Sequence record: SRR20825010_2279
DNA length: 64,000 bases
Strand: one strand, 5' to 3'
The notes under the pieces are model-generated. The model was not told the DNA's origin, ran no database searches, and saw only the letters and a list, made by a program, of their open reading frames with translations. A program made the position numbers and the translations under genes. Numbering within the stretch: position 1 is the stretch's first letter; every line of letters begins with the position of its first letter. Positions 11,107-22,039 of the stretch are shown here, one piece after another.

Positions 11107-11616
11107 TTATAACTTCGATTTTTCTTCTTTGTCTTCCGGAAGAAAACTGCGATGCTTTTCCATCATCATATTTTGTAAGGAGTCCATTTGTTGAAATAGT
11201 TTTCGCATGTCCGAAAAGTTATTGTTACGATGTCTTTCAAAGAAATCATTAAAATATTGGTTACCGTTCATAAGGGAATCCATATCCATAAACTGTCCAA
11301 AATTATGATCCTCCATTAAGGAAGATAATTTGCCATGGGGAAAAAACTTCATGGATTTCATGATACTATCCAAATCCATTTCCTCTGCAAATTTTCCCAT
11401 ATTGTCATAGTAGTAGGAATAAATAGAATCATATCCAATAATATTACCCGCTTCATCGTATTTCTTATCTACCTTCCAACTTATTTTCGGTTTATCCACA
11501 GTAAGACTATCCGTACTTTTTTTCGCCAAATCCTCCTTAGATTTGCCTTGGTCGTTTTGTGCTTGGCATCCAGTTAACATCAGACCCAACAAAAGGGTAA
11601 ACATAAATTTTTTCAT
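11107..11616 (-). CDS. Hypothetical Met-rich lipoprotein
   Basis: Lipobox LTGC; Met/Asp/Phe-rich C-terminal half. Confidence 0.7.
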   Translation of the reverse strand: MKKFMFTLLLGLMLTGCQAQNDQGKSKEDLAKKSTDSLTVDKPKISWKVDKKYDEAGNIIGYDSIYSYYYDNMGKFAEEMDLDSIMKSMKFFPHGKLSSLMEDHNFGQFMDMDSLMNGNQYFNDFFERHRNNNFSDMRKLFQQMDSLQNMMMEKHRSFLPEDKEEKSKL

Positions 11617-11810
11617 CTTAAAAAATTTTAATTAAACCTCCGTTTTTTCATTATTAGCCTCAAAAAAAATGCCATCCAAGTTATTATTTAAAAGGTTGTC
11701 AGGTTAAAAATGTGTTAAACATATACTATCTTTAATTATGAAATTCAAAGGTTCCTATTGCGCGCGACAATGGTTAAACGCAGCACCTTTTTTTATGTGA
11801 TCTTAATAGA

Positions 11811-14447
11811 ATGAATAAAGAAAAAACATCGCAAGAACAAAAGCGATTGGACGATTCCCGATCCAAAAGAAAGGATTGGCTTAAATGGGGCCCCTATCTA
11901 AGTGAGAGGCAATGGGGCACGGTTAGGGAAGATTACAGTCCGGATGGGGATGCATGGAACTATTTTTCACACGAGGATTCCCGTAGTAGGGCCTATAGAT
12001 GGGGGGAAGATGGTATTGCAGGGATATCTGACCGATATAGTAATATATGCTTTGGAATAACTTTATGGAACGGTAAAGACCGTATTCTAAAGGAGCGTCT
12101 TTTTGGCCTAACCGGACCACAAGGAAACCACGGAGAGGATGTTAAGGAACTCTATTACTATTTGGAGAATACCCCTACCCATTCCTATATGAAGCATCTT
12201 TACAAATATCCGCAAAACGAATTTCCATATGTACAATTGGTGGAAGAAAACAGGAGACGGGGAAAAAACGAATTTGAGTACGAACTTTTGGATACCGGCA
12301 TTTTTGACAACAATGAATATTTTGATGTCGTTACGGAATATGCCAAGGCGGACAATGAAGACATTCTCATAAAAATATCTATTAGCAATAGAAGTTCAAA
12401 GTCTGCTCCTATACATGTTCTACCAACACTTTGGACCAGAAATTTGTGGAGTTTCGTAGGCATGCCCGAAAAACCTATCATAAAAAAACAAACTACTAAA
12501 GACCAGACCTTTGTTTCCATAAACCACATCTATGTAGGTAACTACAACCTATACTTTGAAAAACCATCCCGATTGCTGTTTACAGAGAACGAGACCAATA
12601 TGGAGAAGGTCTATGCGCAGCCCAATGATCATCCCTTTAAAAAGGATCTTTTTCACAATTCCGTGGTGAACAACGATTATTCAATTATTTCCAAAAATAA
12701 TCAAGGCACCAAATTCGCACCCCTGTACGAGATGAATCTTGAGGGAGGAGAAACAAAAACGATTAAATTGAGGCTGACTTCCTCTTCTCTGGAAGCCCCA
12801 TTCGATAAGGGTTTTGAAACTGCTTTTTCAAAAAGAATCCAAGAATCCCAAGAATTTCTGGATGCTACATTTAAAACAGCCTCTAAAGAAACCAAAGAAA
12901 TAAAAAAACAGGCTATAGCCGGACTGTTATGGTCCAAGCAATATTACAATTATGAGGTGGAAAGGTGGCTGAAAGGAGACCACGAGGAGATGCCCCCGCC
13001 ACAAAATAGATTTAACGGTAGAAACAAGGAATGGAAAACACTTAGAAACCACGATATACTGGCTATGCCCGACACCTGGGAATATCCTTGGTTCGCTGCC
13101 TGGGATACTGCATTCCATTGTGTTAGTCTAGCCTTGGTAGATCCCAGTTTTGCCAAGGATCAATTGCTGTTATTTACCAAGGAATGGTACATGGCACCAA
13201 ACGGACAGATACCGGCATATGAGTGGAATTTCAGCGATGTTAATCCACCCGTACAAGCTTGGGCCTCCCTTCAGGTGTATCAAATGGAGAAAAATAAGAC
13301 CGGTAAAGGGGACCTTATATTTTTAAAACGGATGTTCAACAAACTGGCACTTAATTTTACCTGGTGGGTGAACCGTGAAGATAGCCTTGAAAACAACGTT
13401 TTTGAAGGGGGATTTTTGGGCCTGGACAATATTGGGGTCTTCGATCGTAGTCGCGATATCCCGGGAGGCGGGGTCTTGGAACAGGTAGATGGAACCTCAT
13501 GGATGGCCCTTTATTGTTTAAACATGTTGGAGATGGCTTTGGAAATTGCGCTGGAAGACAAATCCTTTGAGGATATGACCATGAAATATTTTGGCCATTT
13601 TGTCTTTATCGCAGAAGCTTTAAACAATATAAGTCAGGATTATAATGGTTCATGGGATGAAAGTGAAGGCTTTTTCTATGACAAGTTGATATTCCCAAAT
13701 GGGGATTCCGTACCCATTAAAGTACGTTCCATTTCTGGATTGCTATCACTTACTGCGGTATTGAATATCAAGAAGGAATATTTGGACAAGCTACCCAGGT
13801 TTAGAAAAAGTATGGAATGGTTTCGTAGACACCGTATAGAAAATGCAAAATATCAGGTAATGGAGGAATACTCCATAGATCAGGATGTACTATTATCATT
13901 AGTACCAAAAGAGCGTTTACAAAAGCTGATAGGAAGCATTTTGGACGAAAAGGAATTTCTTTCCCAATATGGCATAAGGTCCCTATCCAAAATTCACGAA
14001 AAGCCTTACACTATCCATATAGATGGAAAAACCTTTGGGATAAATTATGAACCTGCGGAGTCCTCCACCGGACTTTTTGGAGGTAATTCTAATTGGAGGG
14101 GGCCTATTTGGATGCCAATGAACTATTTATTTATAAATTCCCTAAGGGAGTATCATAGCTATTTTGGGAATAAATTGGAATTTTCTTATCCCACAGGTAA
14201 TGGAAATATGATGAATTTAAAGGATATTAGTGATGAAATTGGTATAAGACTGATAAAACTATTTGAAAAGGATGCGAATGGTAATAGACCCATTCACCAA
14301 TTGCATGAAGAAAAATACCGGGACCCACATTTTAAGGACCTAATCTTGTTTTATGAGTATTTTCATGGGTGCAGAGGCAGAGGTGTAGGAGCTTCACATC
14401 AAACCGGATGGACCGCTTTGGTGGTAAATTTAATGGAAGAAATATAA
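11811..14447 (+). CDS. MGH1-like (GH63-type) glucosidase
   Basis: WGPYLSERQWGTVREDYS, MPDTWEYPWFAAWD and GASHQTGWT motifs. Confidence 0.85.
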   Translation: MNKEKTSQEQKRLDDSRSKRKDWLKWGPYLSERQWGTVREDYSPDGDAWNYFSHEDSRSRAYRWGEDGIAGISDRYSNICFGITLWNGKDRILKERLFGLTGPQGNHGEDVKELYYYLENTPTHSYMKHLYKYPQNEFPYVQLVEENRRRGKNEFEYELLDTGIFDNNEYFDVVTEYAKADNEDILIKISISNRSSKSAPIHVLPTLWTRNLWSFVGMPEKPIIKKQTTKDQTFVSINHIYVGNYNLYFEKPSRLLFTENETNMEKVYAQPNDHPFKKDLFHNSVVNNDYSIISKNNQGTKFAPLYEMNLEGGETKTIKLRLTSSSLEAPFDKGFETAFSKRIQESQEFLDATFKTASKETKEIKKQAIAGLLWSKQYYNYEVERWLKGDHEEMPPPQNRFNGRNKEWKTLRNHDILAMPDTWEYPWFAAWDTAFHCVSLALVDPSFAKDQLLLFTKEWYMAPNGQIPAYEWNFSDVNPPVQAWASLQVYQMEKNKTGKGDLIFLKRMFNKLALNFTWWVNREDSLENNVFEGGFLGLDNIGVFDRSRDIPGGGVLEQVDGTSWMALYCLNMLEMALEIALEDKSFEDMTMKYFGHFVFIAEALNNISQDYNGSWDESEGFFYDKLIFPNGDSVPIKVRSISGLLSLTAVLNIKKEYLDKLPRFRKSMEWFRRHRIENAKYQVMEEYSIDQDVLLSLVPKERLQKLIGSILDEKEFLSQYGIRSLSKIHEKPYTIHIDGKTFGINYEPAESSTGLFGGNSNWRGPIWMPMNYLFINSLREYHSYFGNKLEFSYPTGNGNMMNLKDISDEIGIRLIKLFEKDANGNRPIHQLHEEKYRDPHFKDLILFYEYFHGCRGRGVGASHQTGWTALVVNLMEEI

Positions 14448-14454
14448 CTGTAAT

Positions 14455-16431
14455 TTGGAAAATCTATTTAAAAAGGAATGGTTGGCCACCAACGGGCTTG
14501 GCGGTTATGCCTCAGGTGCCGTCAACGGCGCCAATACAAGACAGTATCACGGTCTATTGGTTGCTGCCCTTGAGCCACCTACCGACCGCACTGTGGTGGT
14601 GGCAAAAATTGAGGAGCGCGTTCTAATAGATGGGCAATATCATAATATTTCTACCAACCAATATCCAAAAGTGATTTTTCCTGATGGAGGTAAATATTTA
14701 AAGAATTTTGATGTTGACCCCTCCCCTACCTGGCAGTTTGCCGATAGTGATTGGGATTTGCGCAAAAATGTACAAATGATATCAGGGTCCAACACCACTG
14801 TACTTACCTACACCAACAATGGAAATAGGCCTTTGGTCCTGGAGCTACATCCCCTCTACGCCTACAACGATTTTCACACCACCTTTCACGAAACCCCTTG
14901 CTATAATTTCTTTACGGAGTTCAATAACGACCATTTAAAGACATACCCCGAGTATGGGAGCAATCCGGTTTATACCGGGTGGAGTGCAGGACATTATTTT
15001 GAGGCCCGTTGTTGGTTCAAAAATATTATCCTCTCCAAGGGTAAAGCTCGTGGCCTCGGATCGGTCTGTGACTATTATAGGATAGGATATCTTGTACATG
15101 AACTACAGCCGGGGGAAGATCTTATCTTGTATTTCACCATAGAGGAGAACATTGTAACGGAAGGGATAGAAAAAACTCTATCCTTAAACAATAAAAACAG
15201 CACAGGGAACAAAGAAAATCTAGTACCTGGGTTCTTTAAAGACCTCATGTTATCTGGAGAACAATTTATGGTCCAAAGAAAGTCTACCAATAGTATGTCT
15301 ATAATTGCCGGCTATCACTGGTTTACGGATTGGGGAAGGGATACTATGATCGCCATGCGCGGATTGACCATAGCCACTGGCAAAAAAGAACTGTCCAAAT
15401 CCATTTTGAATACTTTCTTTAAAAGTGTGGATCAGGGAATGATCCCGGACCGCTTTCCAGATAACGCCAAAGATCCGGTTCATTACAATACCATGGACGC
15501 TACACTTTGGCTTTTTGTGGCCAGCTATGACTACCAAAAAAAATTCGAGGATATTGCATTTGTAAAAGATCATATTGAAATATTAAAAAATATATTGGAC
15601 CAGCATATTGCCGGCGCCCGCTACAACATTCACATTACAGAGGAAGGATTTATTTACGGTGGGGAATGCAAGGTACAGCTTACATGGATGGATGCCATTG
15701 TAGGTGGAAAAGTGATTACCCCCAGAGTGGGATGTCCAGTAGAGGTAAATGCTCTATGGTATAACGCCCTTAAGATTTATGAATATTTCTGTGAAATTCT
15801 CAATGTTGATATTGAAGCTGGTTACCTAGAATTGATTGGCAAGTTTGAATCCAATTTTACCAAATTTTTTATCAATCCACAAGGAACCTTATTCGATGTG
15901 ATCATACCTGGGATCTCGCAGGACAATGCCCTGCGCCCCAATCAAATATACTGTCTTAGTCTACCTTTCGGCGTTTTGGACAACGACCAACAAAGATGCA
16001 TTTTTGAGGCCGTGGAAAATAAACTATATACCCCCTATGGACTGCGTACCTTGGATCCGGATAGTCCGGAATATAAACCGAACTATGAAGGTAATCAATG
16101 GTCACGGGACCATGCTTACCACCAAGGAACGGTATGGCCATTCCTACTTCATGAATATTTTCAGGCCTATTTCAAAATCTACGGAACCTCTACAAAGAAC
16201 AAGAAAAAAGTAATGTTGGAATTGGAGCCGCTGCGCAAACATTTTTATCAGGACAACGGCATACATTGTATTTCCGAGATTTTTAACGGTAGTGAACCCC
16301 AAGAGGGAAAAGGCTGCATTCAACAAGCTTGGTCGGTAGCGGCCATTATAAAATTGTACATAGATTTTGGGCTCGACAAAATTGAACAGGAAGAAGAGCC
16401 GATGCCTAAACATACCTTTTTAAAGGTTTGA
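14455..16431 (+). CDS. Amylo-alpha-1,6-glucosidase / glycogen debranching enzyme (TTG start)
   Basis: EWLATNGLGGYASG N-domain; AGYHWFTDWGRDTMI, LTWMDA, YHQGTVWP, QAWSVA. Confidence 0.9.
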   Translation: MENLFKKEWLATNGLGGYASGAVNGANTRQYHGLLVAALEPPTDRTVVVAKIEERVLIDGQYHNISTNQYPKVIFPDGGKYLKNFDVDPSPTWQFADSDWDLRKNVQMISGSNTTVLTYTNNGNRPLVLELHPLYAYNDFHTTFHETPCYNFFTEFNNDHLKTYPEYGSNPVYTGWSAGHYFEARCWFKNIILSKGKARGLGSVCDYYRIGYLVHELQPGEDLILYFTIEENIVTEGIEKTLSLNNKNSTGNKENLVPGFFKDLMLSGEQFMVQRKSTNSMSIIAGYHWFTDWGRDTMIAMRGLTIATGKKELSKSILNTFFKSVDQGMIPDRFPDNAKDPVHYNTMDATLWLFVASYDYQKKFEDIAFVKDHIEILKNILDQHIAGARYNIHITEEGFIYGGECKVQLTWMDAIVGGKVITPRVGCPVEVNALWYNALKIYEYFCEILNVDIEAGYLELIGKFESNFTKFFINPQGTLFDVIIPGISQDNALRPNQIYCLSLPFGVLDNDQQRCIFEAVENKLYTPYGLRTLDPDSPEYKPNYEGNQWSRDHAYHQGTVWPFLLHEYFQAYFKIYGTSTKNKKKVMLELEPLRKHFYQDNGIHCISEIFNGSEPQEGKGCIQQAWSVAAIIKLYIDFGLDKIEQEEEPMPKHTFLKV

Positions 16432-16552
16432 TTAGCGTTTTGGTCATGGCAATAAATCACAACTTAAAATTTTATAGATTATTTTCCTCAAGCCTTGAAG
16501 TTATTTTGTATTTTTTGAAAACCAAAAAACCCATCAAATAAATCAACCAACC

Positions 16553-17929
16553 ATGGATACCAAGATTTTTAACATCAACCGAAGACATTTTTTAAAAGGG
16601 GCCGCAGCATCCCTGGCACTTTCCTCTTTTGGATCCTATGGTATGGAGCTTATTTATCGGGATAAACCGCTAAGGGTTGGACTTATTGGTACAGGGTGGT
16701 ATGGAAAAAGTGATCTTTTTAGGCTAATGCAGGTGACCAAGGTAGACGTAGTTTCTATCTGCGATGTGGACAACAATTTACTTAATGAAGCGGCAAAGCT
16801 TATCAGTCTTAGGCAACCGTCCGGAAAAACCCCCAGAACTTATAGGGATTATAGAAAAATGCTCGCAGAAAAGGATTTGGACATAGTGCTTATTGGTACC
16901 CCGGACCACTGGCATGCCCTTCAGGCCATAGAGGCTTTAAAATCCGGGGCCCATGTCTATGTGCAAAAGCCAATAAGTGTTGATGTAATAGAGGGTGAAG
17001 CCATGGTAGCTGCCGCCAGAAAATATAACAAGGTAGTACAGGTTGGAACCCAGCGTAAGAGTACCCCACATCTTATAGATGCCAAAAAAAATATAGTGAA
17101 TGCCGGCTTATTGGGCAAGGTTTCCCACGTGGAAATGTGTTGTTATTACCATATGAGGGCCAATGGCAATCCTCCCTTGGAAAAGGTTCCGGATTTTTTG
17201 GATTATGAAATGTGGACAGGCCCCGCTCCCCTGCGTCCTTATGATGGAATTCCCCATAGGCGTTGGTGGCGTACCTTTATGGAGTACGGCAATGGCATAA
17301 TGGGCGATATGTGCGTGCACATGTTGGATACCGTAAGGTGGATGTTAGAGCTGGATTGGCCAAATCGAATAAGTTCTACTGGGGGTATCTATGTACAAAA
17401 AGATGGAAAATCCAATATTGCCGATACCCAAACTGCCATCTTTGAATATGAGGAACTCAACTGCGTATGGCAACATAGAAGCTGGGGAACCCCTGCAGAC
17501 CCGGATTACCCTTGGTCGTTTAAACTATATGGCGAAAAAGGCACATTGTCCGGAAGCACCATGAGATATGACTTTGTTCCCCATGGAGGTCGGGAAAAGA
17601 TCCATATGGACGTAATTTATGAAAAGGAAAAATATCCTGAAGACCTTACCGAAAAAGATATAGAACTAAATGCTGCCCCTGCGACCAGATTGCATATGTT
17701 GGACTTCCTCGCTGCAATTGATAAGGGTACCTTGCCCATTGCCGATATCCGGGAAGGACATGTTTCCACAGCCAGCTGCATTTTGGCCAATATGGCCATG
17801 GCTACGGGAAGACCTTTGATCTATGATCCCAATAATATCGTAGTGGTGAATGATGCGGAGGCAACGGCGCTTTTGCAAAGGGATTATCGTGCCCCTTGGA
17901 AACATCCACATCCCAACGATTTCAAATAG
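16553..17929 (+). CDS. Gfo/Idh/MocA-family oxidoreductase with Tat-like signal
   Basis: NRRHFLK, GLIGTGWYG, TPDHWHA, QKP. Confidence 0.9.
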   Translation: MDTKIFNINRRHFLKGAAASLALSSFGSYGMELIYRDKPLRVGLIGTGWYGKSDLFRLMQVTKVDVVSICDVDNNLLNEAAKLISLRQPSGKTPRTYRDYRKMLAEKDLDIVLIGTPDHWHALQAIEALKSGAHVYVQKPISVDVIEGEAMVAAARKYNKVVQVGTQRKSTPHLIDAKKNIVNAGLLGKVSHVEMCCYYHMRANGNPPLEKVPDFLDYEMWTGPAPLRPYDGIPHRRWWRTFMEYGNGIMGDMCVHMLDTVRWMLELDWPNRISSTGGIYVQKDGKSNIADTQTAIFEYEELNCVWQHRSWGTPADPDYPWSFKLYGEKGTLSGSTMRYDFVPHGGREKIHMDVIYEKEKYPEDLTEKDIELNAAPATRLHMLDFLAAIDKGTLPIADIREGHVSTASCILANMAMATGRPLIYDPNNIVVVNDAEATALLQRDYRAPWKHPHPNDFK

Positions 17930-17967
17930 AGATACCTTGGCTAACGAATAGTTTTCACTGATGAATT

Positions 17968-18642
17968 CTAATCCAAAATTCGCCCATCCTCCATCTGTAT
18001 AATACGATCTGTACGTTTGGCAAAGTCCTCGTCGTGTGTCACGATCAAAAGGGAAAGACCTTCCTCCTCCTTAAGACGTTTAAAAATACTGAAGACATTT
18101 TCCGAATTGTGACTGTCCAAATTCCCTGTAGGTTCATCTCCCATAAGAATGGAAGGGTTATTTATTAAGGCCCTGGCGATCGCCACCCTTTGTTTTTCCC
18201 CGCCGGATATCCGCGAGGCCCGTTGGTGGGCCAACTTTTCTATATCCAACATTCTTAATTTCTCCATGGCATCGTGTTCTATTTCTGCCAAGGACTTCTC
18301 TGCCAATTTTTTGGCTGGCAGCATCACATTTTCCAATACGCTAAACTCGGACAACAAATAATGGAACTGAAACACGAATCCTATATTTTTATTCCGGATT
18401 TGGGACAGTTTGCTATGTTTTTGTCCCGTAATCAATTCGTTGTTCAAATATAGTTCTCCTGTGTAATCCGTATCCATGGTAGACAGAATATATAGCAGGG
18501 TAGACTTCCCTGATCCCGATTTACCCATGATAGAGGCAAATTCCCCCATTTTTATTCTGAAAGAAATATCCTTGAGCACATGAAATTTCACAGGCTTTTC
18601 AAAGTATTTATTGATATTTTTTGTCTCTAAAACGAAGTCCAT
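17968..18642 (-). CDS. ABC transporter ATP-binding protein (LolD/MacB-like)
   Basis: GKSGSGKST Walker A, ISGGEKQR, DEPTGNLD. Confidence 0.92.
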   Translation of the reverse strand: MDFVLETKNINKYFEKPVKFHVLKDISFRIKMGEFASIMGKSGSGKSTLLYILSTMDTDYTGELYLNNELITGQKHSKLSQIRNKNIGFVFQFHYLLSEFSVLENVMLPAKKLAEKSLAEIEHDAMEKLRMLDIEKLAHQRASRISGGEKQRVAIARALINNPSILMGDEPTGNLDSHNSENVFSIFKRLKEEEGLSLLIVTHDEDFAKRTDRIIQMEDGRILD

Positions 18643-18651
18643 TTTTCTAGG

Positions 18652-19914
18652 TTAAGTTCCCCTAATAATCCGCACAGGGTCTATGCGCTTTGCTTTGTTG
18701 GAAGGCAACCAACCGGCAACAAAGGTCGAAATCAGGGCAAAGGAAATGCCAATAATATAATACCAAATATTATAGTTTATGGGATAGGTGGTAATGGTTG
18801 GCAACGCCTCGGTTTCGAATGCCACATTATCTATTAGTTTGGAAAGAACAAACCCAACAAATAGACCAAGTATCCCGCCCAATGCCCCAATGATCATGGC
18901 CTGACTCATAAATATTAGTTGTACATCGGTACCCGAAAACCCTGTAGCTTTTAATATGGCGATATCCTTCATTTTTTCATAAATAAGCATGTTTAGTATA
19001 TTATAGATTCCAAAACCGGCAACAATCAATAAGGTAATGGACACGGCATAGGTAATAAGGTTTCGGATATTGGATCCCGTTTCAAATTGGGCATTGGCCT
19101 CATTTACGCTTGTCGCCTTTACTTGAAACTGTTTCCCCAAACTACTTGCCATGGTCGTGGCTTCGTTAATATCGTACAACTTTACATTGATATCGGTAAC
19201 GTAGTTCTGGGCCTCACCCAAAATACGTTGCACCGTCTTTAGATTGGCATAACTCTGAATATTATCTATATCCGCAATACCGCTTTGGTATATCCCTACA
19301 ATTTTTAGGGGAAAAACATCCCCCTTTATAGTACTGACCTGTACTCGATCACCCTCCTTGAGCGACATTTTTTTGGCAAGGCCCGCTCCCAAAAGTATTC
19401 CGTTTTCACTGTTTTTAAGATCCTGTGCCGTTCCCTCCACTATATAATCATCAATATTAGAGAGTCTTGCCTCTTCCATAATATCCACTCCTACCAAATT
19501 CCCCCCTAATTCTATAGATCCAGAGAGATAAAAGATCTGCGCCCTTAGTTGGGGTGTTGCACCATAAACCTTTTTGTCCTTTTTTAGATAATTCAAGATG
19601 GGGAGACCATTATGGATCTTCTTCTGACTTTGCTTAGGCTTAACGGAATTAACCACATTAAAGGCATCCTCAAATTCCTGATATAGGGCAATGGGCTGTT
19701 TTTCTGAAGGTTCTATCTCATTGTAGATATGGATATGGGGCGTTTGGTTCAAAATAAGGCTGTCCAGCATTTCATTGAGCCCCGTCATAAAACTCACCAA
19801 AGTAATATAGGCCCCGATACCAAAGGTAACACCCAGGGAGGCCGTTACCGTAGATTTCATCTTGGTTAACAGATGGGTTTTGGCGATGTTCAATATGACC
19901 TTCCAATTGATCAT
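18652..19914 (-). CDS. ABC transporter permease (FtsX/LolE/MacB-like)
   Basis: N-terminal TM, periplasmic domain, EKMKDIAILKATG, C-terminal TMs. Confidence 0.88.
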   Translation of the reverse strand: MINWKVILNIAKTHLLTKMKSTVTASLGVTFGIGAYITLVSFMTGLNEMLDSLILNQTPHIHIYNEIEPSEKQPIALYQEFEDAFNVVNSVKPKQSQKKIHNGLPILNYLKKDKKVYGATPQLRAQIFYLSGSIELGGNLVGVDIMEEARLSNIDDYIVEGTAQDLKNSENGILLGAGLAKKMSLKEGDRVQVSTIKGDVFPLKIVGIYQSGIADIDNIQSYANLKTVQRILGEAQNYVTDINVKLYDINEATTMASSLGKQFQVKATSVNEANAQFETGSNIRNLITYAVSITLLIVAGFGIYNILNMLIYEKMKDIAILKATGFSGTDVQLIFMSQAMIIGALGGILGLFVGFVLSKLIDNVAFETEALPTITTYPINYNIWYYIIGISFALISTFVAGWLPSNKAKRIDPVRIIRGT

Positions 19915-20993
19915 TCTTCAGGTTTTAGAATTTCCGTGGTCTCATTGATACCATTTATAATTTCGACACGCTCCAAATTTTGAAGCCCGGGAACAACTTC
20001 AACAAGTCCATCTGGAGTCCTCACTTTGTTCCCCTCCAATAAAAACTCCTTGGGAATGGTCAAGACGCTTTCCTTCTCGGAAATAATTATATTTCCCTCC
20101 CCTGCCAAACCAGGGTAAAGCGCTTGCGGTGGATTGCTAAAAATGGCCTCTGCCTTAAAGGTCTGGGAACGCTCATCCTTTTTGGGATATATTTTGTTTA
20201 CTTTGGCATCAAATACCTCATTGCCATAAGCATCCAAAGTAATAAGGGCTTTTTGGCCCAGCTGAAGTTTTACGATATCGACCTCGTCTATCAACAATTC
20301 AATAATAAAATCCGTAGCACTGCCAACCGATGCCAAAGGCTCCATAGTATTGACTATTTCCCCTGGGTTTTTGTATAAGGCATAAAGTTTTCCATTGATC
20401 TTGCTACTAACGGTAAAATCCTTGGTGGTAAGCTGAGAGGTATTATAATTGTTGAGCGCCTGCTGAACTTGGGTAGAAAGTTCGTTCTTGGTCTGGACAT
20501 ATTTATTTTTAAGTTGCTTTAAATTATTTCCTGAAATTTCATAAGCAAGTTTGCGGTTCTCAAACTGCACTTTCGATCCAATATTTTGATCCCAAAGCCT
20601 CTTTTGCCTAATAAAATTCATGGAATCGTTTTTAAAGGACAAGGTTGCCGATTGGATCTCATCTTCCAACGAACCTAAAACCGCCGAACTGCCGTTGTAA
20701 TTTTCCTGCGCCAATTGAAGTGCCAAGCGCGCATTTTCCGTGTTGAGTTTCGGGGTACTATTCACAATCTGGATAATTGGTGTCCCCTTGCTTACCAATT
20801 CCCCTTCCTCCAACAAATTACGGTCCAAAATACCTGCAACGGGGGCATAAGCCTGATACAGACTATCTGGCTGCACGGTTACGGAAGCATAAACCGATTC
20901 CGTTAGATGGATTTTAGTGGGAAATATCTTTTCTTGTTTGTCTCCGCAGGATAAAAAAAGAAATAGACAATGGATCAATAAATAATTCCTCAT
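19911..20993 (-). CDS. Efflux periplasmic adaptor (HlyD/MacA-like) lipoprotein
   Basis: Lipobox LSC, coiled-coil hairpin, IDEVDIVKLQLGQK; ATG at 20993 preferred to TTG at 20999. Confidence 0.85.
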   Translation of the reverse strand: MRNYLLIHCLFLFLSCGDKQEKIFPTKIHLTESVYASVTVQPDSLYQAYAPVAGILDRNLLEEGELVSKGTPIIQIVNSTPKLNTENARLALQLAQENYNGSSAVLGSLEDEIQSATLSFKNDSMNFIRQKRLWDQNIGSKVQFENRKLAYEISGNNLKQLKNKYVQTKNELSTQVQQALNNYNTSQLTTKDFTVSSKINGKLYALYKNPGEIVNTMEPLASVGSATDFIIELLIDEVDIVKLQLGQKALITLDAYGNEVFDAKVNKIYPKKDERSQTFKAEAIFSNPPQALYPGLAGEGNIIISEKESVLTIPKEFLLEGNKVRTPDGLVEVVPGLQNLERVEIINGINETTEILKPEE

Positions 20994-21047
20994 AGACAAT
21001 ATTAACTAAGATAGCCCAAAATAAAGAGAAATATACTTTATAGAATA

Positions 21048-21059
21048 TGAGAAAAATCA
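21048..21059. promoter_or_regulatory. Crp/Fnr-type palindrome TGAG-AAAA-ATCA (one mismatch) for the ABC exporter operon
   Basis: TATGA...TCATA arms; minus-strand TTATTTTG at 21024-21017, 23 bp away. Confidence 0.6.
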
Positions 21060-21370
21060 TATAGGCTTCTATCCCAAAAGTATTCTTTACCGTTCATCCA
21101 AGAATATAGCAAACGATATATAATTATTGAATAGCACATTGCCCTACGTGGGTGTCCCGGCTTGGCCCCATCACTCCGTAAAACCCATATAAGCGGGTTT
21201 CATCACTAAAATAACCGAATTAAATGTTGCGTTTGGAAATTTTAAAAAATCCATAACAAAAGGACACCCCTAAAGCGCTTTTTTTTACCAACGCTAAAGC
21301 AATGTCCTTTGACCAAATTTAGGATTTGATCCTACCCATTATTTAATAAGAGGTAGGGCCTATGCTAATC

Positions 21371-21886
21371 CTAAAGAAATTTTCCAGTTTCGTCCAGTTT
21401 AACCCGTAACATTTTATCCCCGTTCTCCAATTTAACCTTATAGGTTTTCTTTGCACCGTGAACATCGGAAAAGGAGACCAAATAAATATCTTTCGTAATA
21501 ACCCATCCTGGAAAACGATCCGCTATGCTCTCCCTTACTGAAGTTGGCAAATTTATATCCTTAAACTTTTCAGCAGTGCGCAGTAGCTTTCCATCGCCAT
21601 CATAAGCGGCAAGAATTTTGCCTTCGGGAATAAAAAAGGTAATATTATAAAGGTCATAATCGTCCTGATAATATTCTGAGCTTTTAATATCATAGGTCGC
21701 CACCTTTTCCTGCAATAGCTTCACCGGTACAGATGCCAACTCTCCAGTGTTGATATCATTGAGATATTTATAGTTGGTGGCGTAAACCGTTACCTCCGAT
21801 AATTCAACCGTAGGGATAATTTGAGAAAAGGATTGGGTGGTTAGTCCAATAGCTAATAAACCAAATAGAATTTTTTTCATGATCAT
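21371..21886 (-). CDS. Conserved secreted protein (possible PepSY/DUF2874-like C-terminal fold)
   Basis: Signal peptide; LPTSVRESIADRFPGWVI...YKVKLENG resembles PepSY-like/DUF2874 repeats; start could be 21880. Confidence 0.6.
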   Translation of the reverse strand: MIMKKILFGLLAIGLTTQSFSQIIPTVELSEVTVYATNYKYLNDINTGELASVPVKLLQEKVATYDIKSSEYYQDDYDLYNITFFIPEGKILAAYDGDGKLLRTAEKFKDINLPTSVRESIADRFPGWVITKDIYLVSFSDVHGAKKTYKVKLENGDKMLRVKLDETGKFL

Positions 21887-21968
21887 TAAGTTTAAATATT
21901 AATTAGTGTTAACATGGACTTCCGTTGTCCAATGGTAGCAAATTATCCCAACTTAAGGGCTTCTACAA

Positions 21969-21980
21969 TGACCTAAGTCA
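21969..21980. promoter_or_regulatory. Palindrome TGAC-CTAA-GTCA
   Basis: AATGAC/GTCATT perfect arms; minus-strand TAATTTGC at 21945-21938, 23 bp away. Confidence 0.75.
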
Positions 21981-22027
21981 TTATGCTACATTCAATTAAG
22001 AAATCCCACACCCCCAGAAGTCAGAAC

Positions 22028-22039
22028 TGACCAATGTCA
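22028..22039. promoter_or_regulatory. Palindrome TGAC-CAAT-GTCA
   Basis: TAGATTTG -7 element at 22063-22070, 23-bp spacer. Confidence 0.85.

Noticed and set aside
21371-21886. Nucleotide adenylyltransferase-type annotation that I recall being attached to similar proteins
   Set aside because: It has a signal peptide and no HxGH nucleotidyltransferase motif.
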